Assembly (NCBI RefSeq): GCF_009914755.1
Contig: NC_060928.1
DNA: 64,000 nucleotides
Origin: the human T2T-CHM13v2.0 reference genome, Homo sapiens
Direction: 5' to 3' (one strand)
Of the stretch, positions 55,613 through 64,000 are shown one piece after another (within the stretch, counting starts at the first letter, position 1; every line of letters starts with the position of its first letter). The translations under genes and the position numbers were made by a program. The notes under the pieces are model-generated. The model did no database searches. It saw nothing but the letters and a program-made list of their open reading frames with translations, and was not told the DNA's origin.

Positions 55613-58530
55613 TTTAAATACACAAAATGCATATATTTATGTTGTACAGCATGATATTTTGATTTAGATATATATATAGTAAAATGGCTACATCAAGCTA
55701 AGTAACACATGCATTACCTCATATATTTATTTTTGTGTATGTGGTTAGAACTCTCAGCAATTTTTGAATATATAATACATTTTTATTAACTATAGTCACC
55801 CTGCTGTGTAATAGACTTCCAAAATTGATTCCTCCTGTCTAATTAATATTTTATATCCTTCAACCAACATCTCCCTTATTCCTCTACCCCATGTAGATTT
55901 TAGATATTAACCCTTTATCAGATATATGGTTTACAAATAATTTATCTGATTCTGTAGGTTGTCTCCTCAACCTGTCTATTGTTTCTTTTGCAGTGCAGAA
56001 GCTTTTTAATTTGATGTAATCCCCTATGTCTACTTTTGCTTTTGTTGCCTGTGCTTTCAAAGGTCATATCCAAAAAATTCATTGCCCAGACCAATGTCAT
56101 GGAGCTTTTCCCCTATGTATTTTTCTAGTGACTTTATAGTTTCTGACCTTATCTTTAGATCTTTAATCTATTGTGAGTTGATTCTTGTATAAAATGTAAG
56201 ATAAGGATATAACTTTACCTGTCTGCATATGGATATCCAGTTTTCCAAAGCCAGGCAAGAACACTACTAGAAAAAAAAAAAAATCACAGGCCAAAATATA
56301 CATGTAAAAATCCTCAACTAAATACTGAAAAGCCAAATTCCACAGCACATGTAAAGGGTAAGTCATTCACCATGATCAAATGGGATTCATCCTTGGCATG
56401 CAAGATTGGTTCTACACACAAAAATCAATATGTGTGATACAGGCATACCTCTGAGATAGTGCAGGTTCAGTTTCAGGCCACCACAATAAACAAAATATGG
56501 GAACAATGCAAGTCATACTTTTTTTTTTAGTTTCTCAGTACATATAAAAGTCATGTTTATACTATACTGTTCTCTATTAAATGAGTAATAATATTATGTC
56601 TAAAAAACCAATATACATACCTTAATTTAAAAATATTGTATAGTTTTAAAATGTTAACAATCATCTGGGTTTTCAGCAAGTTGTAATCTTTTTGCTGGTG
56701 AAGGGTGCTGCCTCAGTGTTGATGGTTGCTGACTGATTAGAGTGGTGGTTGCTGGGGGTGGAGGTGACTATGGCAATTTCTAAAAATAATATAACAATAA
56801 ATTTTTATCACATTGATTGACTTGACCTTTCACAAAAGATTTCCCTGTAGCATGGGATGCTGTCTGATAGCATTTTACCCACAATAAATCTTTCTTCAAA
56901 ATTAGAGTCAACTCTCTCAAACCATGCCACTGCTTTATCAACTAAGCTTATATAATATTCTCAATCTTTTTATTGTGATTTCAACAATGCTCAGGGCATC
57001 TTAATAAGGAGTGGATCCCATCTCAAGAAACCCTTTTCTTTGCTTATCCCTAAGAGGCAAGTTTCATTCAAGTTTAATTGTGAGATTTAAGCAATTCAGT
57101 TACATTGTCAGGCTCCATTTCTAATTGTAGTTCTCTGCTGTTTACACCACATCTGAAGTGATTTTCTCCACTGAAGTCTTGAACTCTTCAAAGTCACTCA
57201 TGAAAGTTGGAATCAGCTTCCTCCAAACTTCTATTAATATTGATATATTCATTTCTTTCCATGAATTACACGTGTTCATAATAGCATCTGAAATGTATCA
57301 AAGATCACAGATCACAGATCACCATAACAGATGTAATAACAATAATGAAGAAGGTTGAAATATTGTGAGGATTATCGAAACATGACATACAAACACAAAG
57401 TGAGCACATGCTGTTGGAAAAATGGCACTGATATGCTTGCTCAATACAAGGTTGCCATAAACCTTCAATTTGTAAAAAGTACAGTATCTGAAGTACAATA
57501 AAACAGAGTACAATAAAATAATGTATGCCCATATACCACATTAACAAAATAAAGATAAAAAACGTACTATCATCTCAATAGATACAGAAAAGGCATTTTA
57601 CAAAATTTAACACTCTTTCATAATAAAAGCTCTCAACAAACTTGTTATAGAAGAAATGTACCTCAATACAATAAAGGCCACACAACAAGTTTAAAACTAA
57701 CATCATACTCAAGGGTGAAAAGTTTAAAGATTTTCCACCAAGATCAAGACAAGGATGCCCACTCTTACCATTTCTATTCAACATAGTACTAGAAGTCCTA
57801 GCCAGAGCAATTAGACAATAGAAAAAAATTAAATGCATCCAAATCAGACACAAAGAAGTAAAATTGTGACTGTTTATGGACAACATGATCTTATATATAG
57901 AAAACCCCCAAAGACCTCACCAAAAAGTAGTAAGAACTAAAAAGCAAATTCAGTATAGTGGCAGGATACAAAATTAACATACAAAAATCAGTAGCATTTG
58001 AAACTATTGCTATTTGAAAAAGAAATCAAGAATACAAGACCATTTACAATAGTGAAAAAACAAATAGTTAGAAATTAACTAAGGAGGTGAAAGTCATATG
58101 CTATGAAAACTATAAATCATTGACAAAGGAAATTGAAGTAAACATAATTAAATGGAAAGGTATCTCCAGTTAATGGATTGGAAGAATTAATGTTGTTAAA
58201 AATGTCCATACTACCCAAAGTGATCTACAGATTCAATGCAATCTCTATCAAAACTGCAATGACATTTTTACAGAAATAGGAAAAAAAATCTAAAATTTAT
58301 GTGAAACTACAAAAGATGTTGAATAGTCAAAGTAATCTTGAGCAAAAACTACAAACCTCGAAACATCACTCTATATATTTTAAAATACACTTTAAAGATA
58401 CAGTATTCACAAGAGCATGGGGGACACACCAGCCAACAGAACAGAATAAATGGCCCAGAAATTAATCTATGCATTTATGGACAACTGATGTTCAACAAAG
58501 GTGCAAGAAACACATGACAGGGAGAGAGCA
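55613..58530 (-). mobile_element. L1MA-type LINE-1 with 5' inversion (55613-56246 minus; 56245-58530 plus), interrupted by Tigger1
   Basis: Reverse 3' UTR and ORF2 end run to GGATATCCAGTTTTCC, then flip to plus-strand RT sequence (CCAAAGCCAGG...TCAATAGATACAGAAAAGGC...GACAAGGATGCCCACTCT). TSD GTGTTTTCATTTATT (55598-55612) and GTGTCTTCATTTATT (58531-58545). Confidence 0.85.
56440..57531 (-). mobile_element. Tigger1, internally deleted, both ends present
   Basis: TA|CAGGCATACCTC ... GTATGCCCA|TA terminal inverted repeats with TA TSDs; ~1.1 kb. L1 sequence resumes seamlessly on both sides. Confidence 0.9.
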
Positions 58531-59180
58531 GTGTCTTCATTTATTATATATTATATATTGTAAATTTGCAGAAAGGTGTAGAAAAAGATTCTTGGATTAT
58601 GTCTAAGTATAGTAGACAATTATTTTTAATGTTAATGGTTAACACTAATGTTTTAGGTTAAAACTAATGTGAACATTCCGCTGAATTTAGGGTGTGTTTG
58701 AGAAAGCATGGGGATAAGAACCAGAATTCTAACTGACTTTCTTGATAAAAAAATGTTTTTAAGTTCAATATAAGTTGTTGAATGATATCTAACAGAATTA
58801 CTTGCATGAAGCCTGGTATGTATTATTAAAAGCTCTAAATTCTTTTCTTTTGCATCTAGAAGTCCTGTAAACAAACCTTTGGGGAGTGTGCTTTATGCTG
58901 TAAGGTGGGCCTTTCCTCTTTTCAGTGTCAGCATTTTAGGCTTTCTCTCTGTGTGGGCAATCTGAAGTCCTGATATGGGAGGAAGATTAAGCACAAAATA
59001 CCCAGTGCTGTTTGATTGCTTTTGGTTGTTTATTTGCAGCTTAAAAACAGGCTAGTAACTGGCAAGCGGAAGCATATTGTGTACCCCAAATCACAATATA
59101 ACTCCCCATCAGCATTGTTAACAGTCATTTCTATGAATTTTCCTGGCTTCTAGTAATGTGAACTCAGGAGGCAAACCTAA

Positions 59181-59499
<319 letters not shown>

Positions 59500-60419
59500 C
59501 ATTTTTCTTCTTTTAATGGTACCAAGCAGTGGCTTCTTCTGTCAATGAGACTCATTCTACATTGAACATGGTTGTCCTCTCCCTGTGATGACCATTGCTA
59601 TTGCCATTTTGTGTCAGGGGAGAAAATACCACTTTGGGACACTTAGGTATGCAATGGACACTTATTATCTGCTGAAATCTTAACTTTTGGCATAAGAGTG
59701 TGGATTCTATGGGCCCAATAAGAATAGAATTAAATGGTTTCAATACATCTCTCAAACTCTATGTCATTCAGTCATAACATCCCCTGTGATATATCTATAG
59801 CCCAGGTTGCGTGGAAATATACCAAGCTCAGACAGTTCCTTTCTGATACCTCATCCTCAAAGCTTCAAGTTCAGTCTTACCTGCAGTCCCCCTTGCTGAG
59901 GAGATCTGAAAAAAAAAATGTAGAATCATATTTCACTATCATCACACAATAGTGAAAATGATTGAAAGCTATGTATAAATGGCTCTCAAAATTATATTAT
60001 AATCTTGAGCCATTATATTATAATATTGAGCAAAAGAAGACTCAGAAGTGTAGAGAGTACATTTCCTTTTATACATATTCCCTAAACTAAATATTGGAAA
60101 AACTAAGTGTAATATATAAACAAACGAACATAAACTTAGTCAAAATAAACAATGTATTGTTCAACATAAATTTTAAAAATTAAAATATGAGAAAAGTAAA
60201 AAGGAACAACTAAAACACAATTCAGAGTTGTGATACTTCTTCAGAGAAAAAGGGAATGTGCTCAGAAAGAAGCACCCAGGGAGTTTCTGGAATGCAAGTA
60301 ATATGCCTGTTTTCTACCTCAGTGCTTGGAAAGATTTTTTCATTACTAATTTTTAAACTACAGTCATGTACTACATAATAACATTTTGGTCAATGACAAA
60401 TAACATACACAAAGGTAGT

Positions 60420-60677
60420 TGTGTTAGGTTGTTCTTGCATTGCTATAAATAAATAATTGAGACTGAGTAATTTATAAGAAAAGATGTTTAATTGGCTCAT
60501 AGTTTTGCAGGCTGTACAGGAAGCATGGCACTGACATAGCTTGGCTTCTAAGGAGGCCTCTGGGAGCTTTTATCACAGTGAAAGGTGAAGTGGGAGCTTG
60601 TGTATAACATGGCAAAAGCAGGAGCAAGAGAGAAAGAATGGGTGGGGAAGGTGCCACACACTTTTAAATGACCAGAT
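60420..60677 (-). mobile_element. MSTA-like MaLR LTR, partial
   Basis: TGTGTTAGG..GCATTGCTATAAA..GCAGGCTGTACAGGAAGCATGG..GGTGCCACACACTTTTAAATGACCAGAT. Confidence 0.88.
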
Positions 60678-60729
60678 GTGGTATAGCTAAAGTCTATATG
60701 ATATAGCCTAGGTGAGCAGTGCCCTATAC

Positions 60730-61052
60730 TAGGGGTCCCCAAACTTTTTGCCACCAGGGACAAGTTTCATGGAAGACAATTTTTCTATGTGGAGTGGGGG
60801 TGAAACTATCCCACCTCAGATCATCAGGCATTAGATTTTCCTAAGTTGTGTGCAACCTAGATCCCTCCCTCACATGCATGGTTCACAGTAGGGTTCATGC
60901 TCCTATGAGAATCTAATGCCACCACAGATCTAACAGGAGGTGGAGCTCAGGCGGTAATGCTCGCTGGCTTGCCACTCACCTGCTGCTGTGTGACTTGGTT
61001 CCTACTAGGCCTCTAACTGTTCAGATCTGTGGCCAGGGGTTGGGAAGCCCTG
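60730..61052. mobile_element. MER1B hAT-Charlie MITE
   Basis: TAGGGGTCCCCAA ... GGTTGGGAAGCCCTG terminal inverted repeats. 8-bp TSD CCCTATAC / GCCTATAA. Confidence 0.88.
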
Positions 61053-61259
61053 GCCTATAATATCGATGTTTGTACACTTTGTGATGTTTGCATAATGACA
61101 AAATCACCTACTGATGCATTTCTGAGAACATATCCTCATCATGAAGTGATGTATGACCATATATGTGTGTATCCATACATTATTTTATTTATACACCATA
61201 TTTTGAACTTTTCAGAAAAGGTAAAAATTTAGAAAGTAAAACTGAAATGTAATATAAAG

Positions 61260-61626
61260 GATGACTGTTCATTCAGGCTGCTATAACAAAATACCATAAA
61301 TTGGGTAGCACATAAACAACAAACTTGTTTTTTCTCACAGTTCAAGAGGCTGGGAAGTCCAAGATTAAGGTGCCAGCAGATTCAGTGTCTGCTGAAAACC
61401 CTCTTTCTTGTTCTTCGATGATGCCCTCATACTGTGTATTCACATGGTGGAAGGGGAAAGGAGTCTCTCTCAGGCCTCTTGTTAAGGCATTCATTAATCT
61501 CATTCATAACGGCTGCATTCTCATGACATAATCACCTCCTAAAAATCCTTCCTCCTAATACCATCACCTAGGGGTTTAAGATTTCAACACATAAATTTTG
61601 GGGGAGTTAACATTCTGTTTATTGCA
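61260..61626 (-). mobile_element. MLT1A-like MaLR solo LTR
   Basis: CAGGCTGCTATAACAAAATACCATA...GGGAAGTCCAAGATTAAGGTGCCAGCAGATTC...ATTTCAACACATAAATTTTGGGGG. Confidence 0.85.
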
Positions 61627-61657
61627 ATGAACAATAAAAGAAATGCAGAATATTGTT

Positions 61658-61828
61658 GGAAGGAAGGAAGGCAGGCAAAGGAAAGAAAAAAAGAAAGAAA
61701 GAAAGAGAGCAAGAAAGAAAGAAGAAAGAGGAAAGAAAGAAAAAAAGAGAAAGAAAGAAAAGAAAGAGAAAGCAAAAAGGAAGAAAGAGAAAAAGGTAAA
61801 AAAGAGAAAGAGAAAATAAAATAAAAAA
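61658..61828. repeat. GA-rich polypurine tract
   Basis: About 170 bp of GAAA/GGAA units, almost all purine. Confidence 0.9.
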
Positions 61829-62806
61829 GGATTTTAAAAGATTAGCTGTAAAAAATTTTCATTTTAGCTTATGAAGAAAAGAACTTTAGCATAATTTCCG
61901 CAAAATGTTTGTCATTTTGTTGTCATTATTATTGTTTGTTGTTATTTAGTTTGTATATGCTACGTATTATATTATGAATTGCTTTGATACTTTGAAAAAA
62001 GTCAATGCTCTTTCTCTTTTTCCAGCTAGCTTATATATCTGCTTGATGTTGCCAGTGAGGAACACTTCTTTATGTAACCAGAGTGGAGCCAATTCCAGGA
62101 TGCTTATTCCAAAGGTCAAAAAGAATCAATGCAATATGCTGAGCTTGGTAGGCTTCTGATATGCTAGCTGGACCTTTTATGTTCTTGTCTGTTTTGATTT
62201 TCTTCTAATTTTTTATTCTTGTTTATTACAGGACAAAATGTCAAATAACCTGAGTGTGTTAGCTGAATGACTGGTATGGTGTAATTTAGCATGGCTTTAT
62301 GTAGAAAACATCTAGCTACAGAGAGAGACCTATAACATATAACAAAGTGTGTGGGTTCATCAATACTGAAATAGAAGATAACCCAAGATTGGTTGTCTAA
62401 CGGTGATGTAAGGGGGTTGACAGATTAAATGTATTTTTATAAGACAACCTTGGGAGAAATAAAGAATCAAAAACACCAGAATCTTGAGAATTCATCTTGT
62501 AACATACAGAGTTGATGGACTAAAACCAGAAAAGCACAATGTGGTTTTTTTAGGCTGTACTATGAAATCTCTATGGTAGGAGGTAAACTTGTAGCATTCT
62601 GTGGAAAAAGAAGTCCTAGGTCACATGAATCTCTTTCCTTTGGTTAAGATGAACTGATTGCATCAATAAAATATTTCAAAAGCTTATTAGAAATATTCTA
62701 GTTATTGTCAGAAGTATACTAGTTGTTGTGGAGTTGCCCTTGCCCTCTCCATCAAGGCCACTGCAAAGACCCTTGCAATGTGTAAAACCCAAAGTTCTAG
62801 TGGTGC

Positions 62807-63333
62807 TGTTATCAAGCAAAAGGGGCTCACTGCCTGATGCACTAGAAGCCAATGCTATGGCGCTGGTTTTTAAGATGAGAAAAACTCCTTATTGCTAATT
62901 GACTAACAAGGAGACAGGAGTTCAGCTCAAATCTGTCTACTCGTGTAAGCTCTAAGACATTAACTGTATTAGAAAAGGTTGAGAAGGTGGATTCTGGGAT
63001 TAGTAGGTGATGGATGGAAGGAAATGGAAGGTCAGGAAAGTCCTCAGACATGCACAGTTATCTCTTCATGACCCCTCATGGGTCCCCCATGCAAATTTGT
63101 GGTGAGTTAGTATGAAACAAATGGTGAAAATTTAAGCTGTACTGTCCGCAAGCTGGTTCTGTGCAGACTCTAGTTGGCCATATTGGTTCTAACTGATTTC
63201 GGTCTGTTTTGTTATCTTACAAGCGAGGGAGTTTCAGTGTTTCAGCAAGTTGTTTCTTTCCTTACTTGTCATCCTTCAACTTAAGAATATCTGTTAGTTG
63301 ATGGTTTCTGTAACTCTTTGAGGCATTGATTTA
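62807..63333 (-). mobile_element. MER72-like ERV1 solo LTR
   Basis: The reverse strand reads CAAAGAGTTACAGAAACC..AACTAACAGA..AAACAACTTGCTGAAACACTGAAACTCCCTC; the other end is TGTTATCAAGCAAAAGGG. Confidence 0.7.
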
Positions 63334-63588
63334 GAATCATAATTTGTAATGCAGATAATATTTTCTGGAATTGTGCAATGTGGTGGTTCTGGGCCCCTGA
63401 AGTCTATCTTATAAAGCATAATAAATGAGAAATGTCCAGATAAGTACTGAGCTATGGTTGAAACTCAGTATGCATTACTTCCCTTATCTGTCCCACATAA
63501 TAATTTCATTGCCGCCTTCTCTTAAATACACCTTAAGCTCAAATCCTATAGAACACCATGTGTTCCACAAAGTGTGATGGGAACTTCT

Positions 63589-63897
63589 TTTTTTGAGACG
63601 GAGTTTCACTCTTGTCGCCTAGGCTGGAGTGCAATGTCACAATCTCTGCTCACTGCAATGTCAGATCTCTGCTCACTGCAACCTCCGCCTCCTGGGTTGA
63701 AGTGATTCTCCTACTTCAGCCTACCGAGTAGCTGGGATTACAGGCACGCGCCATCACGCCCAGCTAATTTTTGTATTTATAGGAGAGACAGGTTTCACCA
63801 TGTTGGCCAGGATGGTCTCAATCTCTTGACCTGATGATCCGCCCACCTCGGCCTCCTGAAGTGCTAGGATTACAGGCATGAGCCACCGCACCTGGCC
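63589..63897 (-). mobile_element. AluS, antisense, with an internal ~23-bp duplication
   Basis: Short T tail. TSD GGGAACTTCT at 63579-63588 and 63898-63907. Confidence 0.95.
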
Positions 63898-63904
63898 GGG
63901 AACT

Positions 63905-64000
63905 TCTATGGATTGAAATGAGTTACCTTAAACTCATGTTGAAGCCCTGATCCTCATGTGACTATGTTGAAGACAGGGATTTTAGGGAGGTGATTAAGGC
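63905..64000 (+). mobile_element. MLT1B-like LTR start (runs off the window)
   Basis: TATGGATTGAA..ATGTTGAAGCCCT..ATGTGACTATGTT..GGAGGTGATTAAGG. Confidence 0.75.

Larger units (their letters stand above)
60361..61159 (+). mobile_element. Tigger3a-like MITE split by MST and MER1B
   Basis: TA|CAGTCATG... at the left end, ATATAGCCTAGGTG in the middle, and ACAAAATCACCTACTGATGCATTTCT...ATGACCA|TA at the right end. Confidence 0.8.

Noticed and set aside
61584-61824. K/E/R-rich and F/L/S-rich ORFs
   Set aside because: Translations of the GA low-complexity tract.

Overview
AT-rich, CpG-poor primate (human-like) non-coding DNA, either intergenic or deep intronic. I found no protein-coding gene, RNA gene or CpG island. 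The long ORFs are decayed retroelement pieces or chance frames. The window is a layered transposon record: 10 Alus (J, S and Y types, most with target-site duplications, TSDs); a 5'-truncated HERV-L (RT-RNaseH-IN-dUTPase plus a 3' MLT2A LTR); an older antisense ERVL provirus with two LTR41-like LTRs and nested AluY and MER77; two independent 5'-inverted (twin-primed) L1s; Tigger1, MER44A, Tigger3a and MER1B DNA transposons; several solo LTRs; and MIR/L2 relics. Subfamily names come from my recall of consensus sequences, not from a database search. I cannot support a new biological system here. The best leads are: a direct-plus-inverted duplication scar at 28.25-28.79 kb; a possible TSD at the truncated HERV-L end; the MLT2A LTR retaining a DUX4-like site, TATA box and strong splice donor; a CAGATG E-box cluster at 22.6-23.0 kb; and a 109-bp tandem duplication that preserves a splice acceptor in both copies.
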